Below are positions 48,978-57,730 of a stretch of DNA of 64,000 nt, piece after piece; the stretch's first letter is position 1, and each line of letters begins with the position of its first letter. The DNA is from a virus. Taxonomy: Duplodnaviria; Caudoviricetes. Both the position numbers and the translations under genes were made by a program. Under the pieces are notes generated by a model. That model made no database searches. It was not told where the DNA came from and saw only the letters and a list, made by a program, of their open reading frames with translations. Where the stretch lies: the IMG/VR virus record IMGVR_UViG_3300028048_003124, one strand, 5' to 3'.

Positions 48978-49086
48978 TGGAAGTAAGGCTGTAGTTGGTG
49001 ATGAGTTAAAGGAGTTAGTAGAGAGTGCAAAGGAAGGTTTGAGAAAGAAGGCTAGAAACATAAAGAATATCAAGGTGTATTGTTAA
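48976..49086 (+). pseudogene. 3' remnant of a paralog of 42803..43615
   Basis: FGSKAVVGDELKELVESAKEGLRKKARNIKNIKVYC* vs LGSEAVVGKELEDIIEQTKLSLRKKARNVKNVKVYD* (43505..43615). Confidence 0.8.
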
Positions 49087-49172
49087 TATGAGCATACCTG
49101 TTTATCATTTTTGATCTCCTCTCTTAATATGTGTAAGGTCTACTTACTTAAAAAAATTTATTTCAGAATGCC

Positions 49173-49201
49173 TTGCAAAAATGAAAGAATTTTGCTAATA
49201 T
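49173..49201 (+). promoter_or_regulatory. Promoter of helicase cassette B
   Basis: TTGCAA-17bp-TAATAT, homologous to 44137..44165. Confidence 0.7.
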
Positions 49202-49232
49202 ATAAGTAGTTAAAAAGTTGGAGGTTTTAATT

Positions 49233-49976
49233 ATGTCTACAGGGTTGCAAAGAGATGTATACATGGAGATATCAGAGACTGGCATGAAAGAAGCTATAGC
49301 TCTGTTTGAGTCTTTTGTAAAAAGAAACCCAGAGATGGTAAAATCTGATCTTAAGTCTTGTGAACAACCAGAGAAGTCTTTTACTGTTGTATTAACAGAT
49401 TGGTTTAAGTTAAAGGTATTAATAAAAGGTAAAGAGTATACCGTAACTGAGTATAAAGATAACGATAAGACTTTTGCGCTATCTTTTATTCCAAAGGTAG
49501 ATAGAATCGGTGATTTGTTAATTAAGATGTCCTCTTTGTCTGTATATGGAGAGAAAGAAGAGGGGTACTTAAGACACAATGTACCTGCCTTTAAGTTTTG
49601 GCTTGAGAGAGCGGCGAAGTTAGCAGTATCTGCAAGTATGCTAATAAGATATCAAAAGATACAATATGTAGAAAGAAAAAGGCAGAATTTTGCAACGGGT
49701 AATGTTGTAGACTTAACTAAACCGAGTAAAGATATAGTGATAGATTTGGAAAAGGCTATAAGGACTAAGCCAGTAAGTACTGGTAAGGGTGGCGAGCATA
49801 GTTATTGCTACTCCAGAAGTGCTTGTGATTGCTACCTTAAAAAGTATAAAAAGTGGTACAAGCGAGGTGTATCAATAGTACATCCTGAAAAACCTACGAG
49901 GGCGCAGGGAAGTAAAACTGTTAAAGGTTTGGATAAAGCTGAGTTATTAAAAGGGAAAGGTATAGCTTATGGATAG
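49233..49976 (+). CDS. Hypothetical protein with basic C-terminus, first gene of cassette B
   Basis: GGAGG RBS before ATG 49233; overlaps helicase B start. Confidence 0.75.
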   Translation: MSTGLQRDVYMEISETGMKEAIALFESFVKRNPEMVKSDLKSCEQPEKSFTVVLTDWFKLKVLIKGKEYTVTEYKDNDKTFALSFIPKVDRIGDLLIKMSSLSVYGEKEEGYLRHNVPAFKFWLERAAKLAVSASMLIRYQKIQYVERKRQNFATGNVVDLTKPSKDIVIDLEKAIRTKPVSTGKGGEHSYCYSRSACDCYLKKYKKWYKRGVSIVHPEKPTRAQGSKTVKGLDKAELLKGKGIAYG

Positions 49977-51786
49977 TAATATGCTTATAGCAAGAAGAAG
50001 GGAAGAGTGCTATCAGGATGCAGTAAACCTGTTAATGGAGTATGACGAATGTTTAATACCAAGGGGTACTGGTTTTGGAAAGACTGGTATATTGATGAGG
50101 ATAGCTCATGATTATTTGAAAGGGTATAAAAGAGGTATATTAAACCAAAAAGTTTTATACCTATATCCGCATACCTCTGTGTTAGAACAGGCTGAGAATT
50201 TTTGGGGTATATTTAAGTATAATAAAGACAAATTTAAGGGCATACGTTGTATGTCCTATACTGCTTTTTTATACATGAGTAGGGAGAGAATGGAGAAGGA
50301 GTTTAAAAGAGTTAACTTAATTCTCTGCGATGAGTGTCATTTCCTACCAGCTAAACAGATTTCAAAGGCTTTTGAAATGTTGAGAGATGTTAGACAGGAT
50401 GCAAAGGTTGTAGGTGCAACAGCTACTGTACTTCGTATGGATGGTAAAGATCTTGTTGAAAGATTTTTCAAAGGTCATGTAGTGAGGGAGTACACGTTGT
50501 CCGACATGATTGCAGAAGGGGTAGTAAAGAAGCCGTTTTATTTGTACTGTACTTTTGACAACGAAGATTCTATAAATAAGGCTGTAAGAAGGCTTCAAGA
50601 TGAGGTAAAAGGTTTGTCCTTTAAAGAAACTGAAAAAGTAAAAAAACATATAAGGAGTGAATATGCAAGAGCCTCAGCAATGGTGGGAGTAAAGAGGGTA
50701 TTTTCAGATGTACTCCACAACCATGCTCCCAACCAGAGGATAATAACTGGTATTTTCTTTTTTAAGACAATAAAACATATTTATGATAGAAGAAAAGAAA
50801 TTGAAGAGATGGTTAGAGCAGCATATCCGAATCATAAATTAAATATAGTGATACTGCATAGTCAATTAAAAGAGAAAGAAAAGATTGAGGCTTTAGAAGC
50901 TGTCAGTTGTTTTGGAGAAGAGGAAGATGTTTGTAACATCGTATTAAATGTAGATATGTTAAGCCACGGGGTACATATATCAGGATTGACTTTTGTTGCT
51001 ATGTACAGGGAAACATCTTCTGGTTTAATATATGGTCAGCAGTTTGGAAGAGCTATAGACTCTGGCAGTAGTGTACCGTCTATTATATTTGATATGGTAG
51101 ACAATTTACATAGACCAAGTATCTACAAGTCTGATGATAGAAAACAGATATCTGAAGAGGATCTTGCTCTTTGGGAGAGGTTGAATGAGAAGCTTATTAA
51201 TAAGGGTATTTATGATTTAAGCGATATTGAAAGTGTATTAACAGCCGAAGAGGTTTCAGAATATAAAAGGTTATCCAACCTAATAAATACTCCAATAATT
51301 ATTGACAAAGGTGGTACCAGAGGAGGAGATAAAAGTAGTTGTGATCCTTGGTATTACAATGTAAATACTATCTCCGAGAAAGATGTAAATGTGTTAACAA
51401 GCTCTGCAAGTGTAAGAGAGATAATGGAAAAGGTAGACGGATATAGTTTAAGAGCACAGGCAAAGAGAGCTCACCTCATGTGGATCAAGCATTTTAAAGA
51501 ATTAAATCAAGAAGATTATAACAGGTTTATACGGTTGCAAGATAATAATAAGGTGAGGTATATATTAGATAAAGCTTTCCCAGATAAAGGGGTACCACCT
51601 TTCTTAAGGTACTGTGCTTGTAGCAGCATCACGCTTGAAAGAGCACTATATTGTCTATACAACTATACAATGACTAAAAAAGACATACAGGAGTATATAA
51701 ACAGAGCAAAAAACTTAGAGAATTCCTTTATGTTATGTAATGGAGTTGAAGTCGCCAGTCGGGGGTGGATTGGACGTGCGCAGTGA
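49969..51786 (+). CDS. SF2 DExH helicase (ResIII/Irc3-like), cassette B
   Basis: GTGFGKT, DECH, GATATVLRMDG, VDMLSHGVHI, QQFGR. C-terminal AFPDKGVPPFLRYC shared with helicase A. Confidence 0.9.
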   Translation: MDSNMLIARRREECYQDAVNLLMEYDECLIPRGTGFGKTGILMRIAHDYLKGYKRGILNQKVLYLYPHTSVLEQAENFWGIFKYNKDKFKGIRCMSYTAFLYMSRERMEKEFKRVNLILCDECHFLPAKQISKAFEMLRDVRQDAKVVGATATVLRMDGKDLVERFFKGHVVREYTLSDMIAEGVVKKPFYLYCTFDNEDSINKAVRRLQDEVKGLSFKETEKVKKHIRSEYARASAMVGVKRVFSDVLHNHAPNQRIITGIFFFKTIKHIYDRRKEIEEMVRAAYPNHKLNIVILHSQLKEKEKIEALEAVSCFGEEEDVCNIVLNVDMLSHGVHISGLTFVAMYRETSSGLIYGQQFGRAIDSGSSVPSIIFDMVDNLHRPSIYKSDDRKQISEEDLALWERLNEKLINKGIYDLSDIESVLTAEEVSEYKRLSNLINTPIIIDKGGTRGGDKSSCDPWYYNVNTISEKDVNVLTSSASVREIMEKVDGYSLRAQAKRAHLMWIKHFKELNQEDYNRFIRLQDNNKVRYILDKAFPDKGVPPFLRYCACSSITLERALYCLYNYTMTKKDIQEYINRAKNLENSFMLCNGVEVASRGWIGRAQ

Positions 51787-52654
51787 CTTTAAAGATAGAG
51801 TTGGTGAGCGCCGACAAATGAGAAATGGCGAGTTTGCTACAATAATTAGATATGGCAGTAGTCTTGATATTGATGTTCAGTTCGATAGTGGTTATATTTC
51901 AAGAAATAAGCAGTATAGCTCATTCTCTGTAGGTAGCATAAGGAATGTAGAGAGTGGTAAATCGGCTAAAGGTGCAAAAGCTAGATCCTCCTATGTTGGA
52001 AAGGTTGTAACAAATAAGGAAGGCGAAAAAGTAAAATGCATCGAGTACAGAGGGTATTATGATATAGATGTTGAGTTCGAGGATGGCTTGGTATTAGAAA
52101 GTAAATCGGCAAGAAGTTTCTTAAGTGGTTATATAATACGCCCTTATGAAGGACGTGTAAAGAAAAACAAAAATGGTCTAAACACAATAATAAAAGAGTA
52201 TCGTTCCCCTACAGATATTGACGTAATTTTTGATGATGGAGAAGTAGTAGAGGGTGTTAGTTTTTGTAGATGGAATGCAGGTAAAATTCTCCATCCAAAG
52301 TGGAGGGAAAACAGGCTACTTGATACCGTAAAATGTGAAATATATTCTAACATTCAGGGTTTTAGGTATAAGATAGTCGAGACAAAAAACTCAATAGATG
52401 TAAAGGTGCTTTTTGAGGACGGAGAGGAAGCAGATGCAAGATTAAGTAATGCCAAAAGAGGTAGAGTTGGATACCCAGGGTTTAGTAATGGTTTATGTAA
52501 AATGTTGTATGAAAGGTTTAAGGATGTACACAAGGTGTATGAAATCAAAGGGAAGGGTGTATTTATTGAATACACTGATACTCAAGATGGTGCTACAAAG
52601 ATAGGTAAAATTCAAGAGCTAATGGATATGATAGGTATAAAGAGGTTATTCTGA
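51740..52654 (+). CDS. Tandem-repeat protein (4 repeats + C-terminal domain)
   Basis: RVGERRQMRNGEFATIIRYGSSLDIDVQFDSG...; ends IGIKRLF; start may be GTG 51776. Confidence 0.85.
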   Translation: MELKSPVGGGLDVRSDFKDRVGERRQMRNGEFATIIRYGSSLDIDVQFDSGYISRNKQYSSFSVGSIRNVESGKSAKGAKARSSYVGKVVTNKEGEKVKCIEYRGYYDIDVEFEDGLVLESKSARSFLSGYIIRPYEGRVKKNKNGLNTIIKEYRSPTDIDVIFDDGEVVEGVSFCRWNAGKILHPKWRENRLLDTVKCEIYSNIQGFRYKIVETKNSIDVKVLFEDGEEADARLSNAKRGRVGYPGFSNGLCKMLYERFKDVHKVYEIKGKGVFIEYTDTQDGATKIGKIQELMDMIGIKRLF

Positions 52655-53901
52655 TGAAAAAGATATATGTAAACGGGGTAAAAGGCATTACAGTTTACGG
52701 AATCGGCATGGTGATAGTAGATGATAGTAATAGTAGATCTCTTACAGTCAAGCTAGAGACTAATGAAATTATCTATAATGTCACAGTAAATAGCTTTAGA
52801 GAAGGTTTAGTTCATAGCTCATTTGAGGATATAGGGAAGTTCAAAAAAGGGACAGAGTGGAGAGTTCTAAATGGTATTGGTCGCATAGTTGGTAAGAGAA
52901 AATATAAGTGTGATATTGAAGGTATAAACGGGGAAGGATATGCTTTCGATGTTTATCCTTGGGCTTTAGAGAATGGTAATGCTACATTAAGTTGGAATAT
53001 AGTTGGTACCGAGAGGGCTAACGGCGATGGTAGGATAGTGAAGATACTTGAGGTTGTAGATAGTGAAAATATCAGGGTACAGCTTGAAAAAGACGGAATA
53101 AAAGATATTGTGGTATGTCCAATAAAAGATTTTATAAATAAAAGTATTGGTGTATATGATAAAAGGAAGGAAAAGTTCTTAAATAGCTTAAAAGGTAAGA
53201 GGGTACTCCAACCTAATAGCGGTATGTTTGCAGAAGTAAAAAATGTTTACAGAGAGAATGGTATCATAATTTGTGATATATTGTTTGATGACGGAAAAAT
53301 TGTAGACGGTGTAACGTATGCTAACTTTTGCGCAGGTAGTGTAAAACACCCTGAAAAGAGATTGCATATAGACAAGATAGTGGAAAAGAAAGAAAAAGAG
53401 GTTGTAATAAATAAGGATGGTAGGAAATCAAGGTTAAAACGTTGGAGAGGTAATCAACGTGTAGACGTAGTTTTTATAAATGAAGATGGAACAGAGGATA
53501 TTATTGTAGAAGATGTAAATTACAGATCTTTTAAGGCTGGTAATGTAAAACACCCAGATGATGAAACAATAGTCGGTGAAATAGTTGTCAATACAGACGG
53601 TTTTAGAATGAAAATGGAGAATGACGACAATACAAAAGAGTGTAATATACTTTTTGAGGATGGTAGAGAAGTTACAAATAGCAAGTCAAATTTCCTAAAC
53701 GGGAGTGTTGGTCACCCACTATTTAAAGGCACGAAGAGAAGATCTTGCAAAGCCTATGGAGATGTTTTAGATGTACATAGAGAGTTTAAAACCTCTCAAG
53801 GAGTTTGCTACTGGTCATGGGTAAGATATGGAGAATATACTAGGGAGTTAGGAACAGTAGAGAACTTAATGACAGCAGCGGGTATTAAGCCAGTATTTTA
53901 A
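52654..53901 (+). CDS. Tandem-repeat protein (~6 diverged repeats + C-terminal domain)
   Basis: CDILFDDG..YANFCAGSVKHP, VDVVF..YRSFKAGNVKHP, CNILFEDG..NFLNGSVGHP; ends AGIKPVF. Confidence 0.8.
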   Translation: MKKIYVNGVKGITVYGIGMVIVDDSNSRSLTVKLETNEIIYNVTVNSFREGLVHSSFEDIGKFKKGTEWRVLNGIGRIVGKRKYKCDIEGINGEGYAFDVYPWALENGNATLSWNIVGTERANGDGRIVKILEVVDSENIRVQLEKDGIKDIVVCPIKDFINKSIGVYDKRKEKFLNSLKGKRVLQPNSGMFAEVKNVYRENGIIICDILFDDGKIVDGVTYANFCAGSVKHPEKRLHIDKIVEKKEKEVVINKDGRKSRLKRWRGNQRVDVVFINEDGTEDIIVEDVNYRSFKAGNVKHPDDETIVGEIVVNTDGFRMKMENDDNTKECNILFEDGREVTNSKSNFLNGSVGHPLFKGTKRRSCKAYGDVLDVHREFKTSQGVCYWSWVRYGEYTRELGTVENLMTAAGIKPVF

Positions 53902-53929
53902 AGTAAAGTTAACAATTCTCACTGAAGAG

Positions 53930-53964
53930 CTTGCACTTCTTGTCCATATATGGTAAGATATATT
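53930..53964 (+). repeat. 35-bp exact direct repeat, copy 2; a sigmaA-like promoter
   Basis: Identical to 48943..48977. Confidence 0.85.
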
Positions 53965-53988
53965 CATACTTATATAGGGGTGACTAGT

Positions 53989-54219
53989 ATGGCTATGTGT
54001 ACTGTAAGGGAAGAGCGAGAGGATGCTAACTATGAGATGGCAGCTCATGTATTTAAAGATAACAACTTGATTGCTATCTTTAGGGGTGGCTGTATGGATG
54101 ACTCTTGTATAGTAACGATACAAGATGGGTATACATACGCTGGAATAATGAGCTCAGAGGTTCGAGACTCTTACATGACAATTCAAAGTGGTAGAGTTGT
54201 TCAGGTGTTGACTATTTAA
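53989..54219 (+). CDS. Small hypothetical protein
   Basis: GGGGTG RBS before ATG 53989. Confidence 0.6.
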   Translation: MAMCTVREEREDANYEMAAHVFKDNNLIAIFRGGCMDDSCIVTIQDGYTYAGIMSSEVRDSYMTIQSGRVVQVLTI

Positions 54220-54241
54220 GTAGGTAAAGGGGTAAAGCACT

Positions 54242-54469
54242 ATGACTGTGAAAGAGTTAAGACAGAAAGAAGGCAATCCTTATACTGAGATTTATGATAG
54301 TGTTGGGTTATTGATGACTCACTCTAGATTAAATATGGTTGCATATACTCGCAATTGTGCAGAAAAGAAAACAGTTGATTCTATGGTAGTCAAGAGCCAC
54401 CATTACGGTGTAACGAGATCGGTAACAGACAACGTGACCGTAGAGTGTTGTTTATACATATATGTATAA
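54242..54469 (+). CDS. Small protein, family C
   Basis: MTVKELRQKEGNPYTEIYD. Confidence 0.7.
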   Translation: MTVKELRQKEGNPYTEIYDSVGLLMTHSRLNMVAYTRNCAEKKTVDSMVVKSHHYGVTRSVTDNVTVECCLYIYV

Positions 54470-54493
54470 CTATAAGGATAGGAGGAATGGGGT

Positions 54494-54697
54494 ATGGATT
54501 ATCCGTACTCGATTAGAGAGCTAAGAAGGGTAAACGGTTACCCATATACGGTAATTTACAATCATAATACTGGTGAGATAGTTGATGAGGCTTTCAAGGG
54601 TCTGGAAGCAGGATATTTAGTACCTGCTTGGGATTTTGAACCGCCTTTTTATGAGGTACTTACTCTAAGGGAAGACTTACTAGAGGTTCAGATATGA
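54494..54697 (+). CDS. Small protein, family C
   Basis: SIRELRRVNGYPYTVIYN. Confidence 0.7.
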   Translation: MDYPYSIRELRRVNGYPYTVIYNHNTGEIVDEAFKGLEAGYLVPAWDFEPPFYEVLTLREDLLEVQI

Positions 54698-55044
54698 TTA
54701 GCAGTACTGCATCTTTTAATAACGATAATAAAAAGGTTTTTCGTAAGAAGATTGTTGTATATAGGCTGATAGAGGTAGTATGTTTTATTCTATCTGTTGT
54801 CAGCTTATTTATAATGTGCAAGGTACTATTAGAGGGTTTATATGTTGTTGCACTGTTGGTACTTTGTGTGTCTATAGTGATGGCTTATTTCTCAACAGAG
54901 GTTCACAGTAAGTTACGCAATCTTATACCAGAGAATAAAGAAGTGACTACAGACGAAGAAGTTGGAGATTGCAATAAAGAAATCACGGTAGAAGACACTA
55001 TAGAAGAGGCAGAAGAGATCAGCGATGAGAATAAGACAGTATAG
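54694..55044 (+). CDS. Two-TM membrane protein with acidic tail
   Basis: Two hydrophobic helices. Confidence 0.7.
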   Translation: MISSTASFNNDNKKVFRKKIVVYRLIEVVCFILSVVSLFIMCKVLLEGLYVVALLVLCVSIVMAYFSTEVHSKLRNLIPENKEVTTDEEVGDCNKEITVEDTIEEAEEISDENKTV

Positions 55045-55243
55045 AAGAAACCTTGGCAATCCAAGGGTAGTTGTATACAGTGCTGATGGTTGTAAACAAG
55101 CTGACATACCAAGGGGTACAAGCATTGGAGTAAAGGAGTATCAAGATAGATATTGGCTATGGTCAACAGCTATCGAGATGTGTGATTACTCTATGGTACT
55201 TGATGAGAGTGATGGTCACTTGATATTAAAGATAAAATTATAA
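55025..55243 (+). CDS. Small protein, family C
   Basis: MRIRQYRRNLGNPRVVVYS. Confidence 0.65.
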   Translation: MRIRQYRRNLGNPRVVVYSADGCKQADIPRGTSIGVKEYQDRYWLWSTAIEMCDYSMVLDESDGHLILKIKL

Positions 55244-55261
55244 CGGGTTAAGGTATTAAAA

Positions 55262-55591
55262 ATGGATGTAAAACAACTTAGAAGAAGTTATAAATATCCA
55301 AGGACTTTTATAACTCCTAGGTTATGTATGGGTATTGAAAGTATTGAGGTAAAACGCTTTGTAAGAGATACAGACTTTGATGCCTATACAGTAGGTACGT
55401 ATAGGTATAACATAAACGGGCAGTTTTTGGAAATCTACATAGATGACAACGTGCCTGTTAATACTGATGATAGTGAAAACGGAAAAGGTATTACAGGCGA
55501 GGGCAAGTATAGAGGTAGAAATACTATAAACACAAATGGAATATTCGACGGTGGTTTAAAAGATATTATAAAAGAGACTAGAGGTGTATAG
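55262..55591 (+). CDS. Small protein, family C
   Basis: MDVKQLRRSYKYPRTFI. Confidence 0.65.
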   Translation: MDVKQLRRSYKYPRTFITPRLCMGIESIEVKRFVRDTDFDAYTVGTYRYNINGQFLEIYIDDNVPVNTDDSENGKGITGEGKYRGRNTINTNGIFDGGLKDIIKETRGV

Positions 55592-56202
55592 CGTGATAGG
55601 ACCGAAAAACTACAAAATCTACTTTCTAAAGGGTATCTATGAGGGGCAAAAACTTGTCCGATCTGGTGGTTCTTTTTACTTGAGTAGAGGTCAAACACCG
55701 TTAATAAGAAGGTTGCTCTTAGGTGCGGAGGGTGTTAGAGAGGCAACAAAGACTGAGTGTCAACAGTATGGCAATTATGTGGTACTTAGTGATGAAAACG
55801 GCAAAAAATCATTACATGCAGTATTACAAAGGGTATACAGATGTAGATAACCCTTGCAACAAAGAGTTTCGTATTATTCAGGCAATAAACCCATGGACGA
55901 GAAATCATGTTCTTCGATTGCCTTTGGTAGTACATGCTAAAGATAAAGATACAGCAGTAAAGACATTTCTTTGTATGCATTCTGATAAGCCTTATACTTC
56001 TTTTTATAGCAGGGGAAGCGCATCGGAGATGTCAGACTTCGAGGAGAGAAGAAAAAACAATTTTTATTGTGGATCTACAGGAACAGAAGGGTATTTGGTA
56101 CTTCATTGTGGGAATAATGAGCCTCTAGAGGTATGGATCTGGCGTAGTGAGACTGCCAAGATTGCGCTAGAGAGGATGAAAAACGTAGGGGTGTTTGTGT
56201 GA
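55584..56202 (+). pseudogene. Two-domain family B gene frameshifted at an A6 run (55803-55808)
   Basis: Removing one A joins VVLSDENGK to NHYMQYY...VVHAKDKDTAVK, restoring the family B motif and the architecture of 56478..57041. Confidence 0.55.
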
Positions 56203-56477
56203 CCGACGCTAAGAGAAAAGATTATTTCACTTTGGAGAAGGTAGTTCTCCATGGGAAAAGTGTAGATCATGAGAAGGTTGGAAGTAAAATCCAGGCAGAT
56301 AGCCCTATTGCGGCAGTAAAGAAGTGTCTTGATAAAAGATCAAGAAGGGTAAGTTCATCATCTGTTGTTAATGCCTTTGGAGGTATGGGTTTAGTACATA
56401 GTTTTGTAGTCTTATCCAAAGTACTAAACATAGGCGAAGATTGTGAGAATAGAGAATACTACCTAGAATTGGTATAA
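56199..56477 (+). CDS. Small protein, family B
   Basis: YFTLEKVVLHG...ADSPIAAVKK. Confidence 0.65.
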   Translation: MTDAKRKDYFTLEKVVLHGKSVDHEKVGSKIQADSPIAAVKKCLDKRSRRVSSSSVVNAFGGMGLVHSFVVLSKVLNIGEDCENREYYLELV

Positions 56478-57041
56478 GTGGGTGAAGAAAGATTGAGTAA
56501 ATATTTTGTGTTATCTTATTTTTACAGAGGAGTTTGTGTACGAGGGTACATAAACGGTTTTTACAAAAGTAATGGACCTGTCGAATTTGCAAGAGAGTTT
56601 TGTCCAGGTCTGAAGGGGTATACCCTAGTCGACTCCGTGGAGATGGTGAGTAACGGTAGTTTTCTAGAGATAGTCGATGAGTGGGGTAAAGAGTATGTCA
56701 TTCAGTTAAGCTTGGAGAAAGAAGAGGGTACAGATGAAGTTTTAACTAAAGTTAAACACTTGTATGCAGTGTCCAGTCATAAAATAAATGGTTTTGAGCA
56801 GATTTTAAAGCCTGTACTCGTTTATGCAAATACAGCTGAAGAAGCGGTACTGGTGTATTCTGAGCTGTCTGCTGATGATGTTGAGGTTGTAAAGACAGAT
56901 CATACAAATAATAGTGGATGCTTTTTAGCGGTTAAGCAGATGTTTGATTTTCTACCTCATAGTGTAACGAGAAGACAGTTAAATAAAAAGGCTTTGGCTG
57001 GTAAGGAATATTATCAGTTGTATATTAAAAGAAAGAGATAA
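56478..57041 (+). CDS. Two-domain family B protein
   Basis: SNGPVEFAR..FLEIVDEWGKEY, plus second unit HKING..VYANTAEEAV. Confidence 0.7.
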   Translation: MGEERLSKYFVLSYFYRGVCVRGYINGFYKSNGPVEFAREFCPGLKGYTLVDSVEMVSNGSFLEIVDEWGKEYVIQLSLEKEEGTDEVLTKVKHLYAVSSHKINGFEQILKPVLVYANTAEEAVLVYSELSADDVEVVKTDHTNNSGCFLAVKQMFDFLPHSVTRRQLNKKALAGKEYYQLYIKRKR

Positions 57042-57066
57042 AGATAAAGTCAGGGAGTGTAAGTTT

Positions 57067-57333
57067 ATGAGAATTGCCAAAAAGTTTAGATTGTACATAT
57101 ACTGTAAAAAGGGAGTTATTATTCCTTGTAGAGATATGAGGGGAGAAATGTTGTTCGTGTACGCTTACGGACCGATAAGTGCAAGCAAGGTACTTGTAAG
57201 TGAGAGTGGTTATAAAAAGAGTTCAGCTGGCAGGGTATATTTAAACAAAATAGAAAGGGTAATTAAGCCAGGGGTTAGTTTCGTTGAGTTACTGGATGAA
57301 AATGATAATTCTCATATAGTAGAATTTCAATAA
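57067..57333 (+). CDS. Small protein, family B
   Basis: AYGPISASK..FVELLDEND; close paralog of 57405..57698. Confidence 0.75.
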   Translation: MRIAKKFRLYIYCKKGVIIPCRDMRGEMLFVYAYGPISASKVLVSESGYKKSSAGRVYLNKIERVIKPGVSFVELLDENDNSHIVEFQ

Positions 57334-57404
57334 GTAAGGAAGAATGACAAGGTTTTGTTTGGGTTAGAATATAGCAAGGTAGATTGGTCATCTAGAAGGA
57401 GGGC

Positions 57405-57698
57405 GTGATTATGCCAAAAGGGTACAATACAAGACGATTTTGTTTACACATTTACTGCAAGAATGGGGTTATCATAGGTTATCAAGAAACAAACGGTAAT
57501 CCGTATTCATTAACTGTTGGTTTGTTCGCAAGAGGACCTCTAAGTGCAGCAAAGGCAATGGTAAGCGAGAAGGGTTTCAGATTAAGCTCTCCAAGCAGGG
57601 TATACACAAACAAGGTACTTAGGTTAATAAGACCTGGAGCAAACTTCATAGAAATGTTTGATAGTGCTGGCAAGACCTATATTGTAGAGTTTGACTAA
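57405..57698 (+). CDS. Small protein, family B
   Basis: ARGPLSAAK..FIEMFDSAGKTYIVEFD. Confidence 0.75.
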   Translation: MIMPKGYNTRRFCLHIYCKNGVIIGYQETNGNPYSLTVGLFARGPLSAAKAMVSEKGFRLSSPSRVYTNKVLRLIRPGANFIEMFDSAGKTYIVEFD

Positions 57699-57730
57699 AA
57701 AGTAAAGATGGTAAGGAAGAGGGTAGCATT

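Noticed and set aside
44195-51786. Helicases as Type I/III restriction subunits
   Set aside because: No adjacent methyltransferase or HsdS-like gene, and no recognisable nuclease motif.
45866-53901. CRISPR array or DGR explanation for the repeats
   Set aside because: The repeats are degenerate protein-coding units with no identical DNA repeat-spacer pattern. No adenine-specific TR/VR pair was noticed and there is no reverse transcriptase in the window.
45866-53901. Repeat proteins as active HNH/GIY-YIG homing endonucleases
   Set aside because: No HNH, GIY-YIG or PD-(D/E)xK catalytic motif is visible in any of the five proteins.
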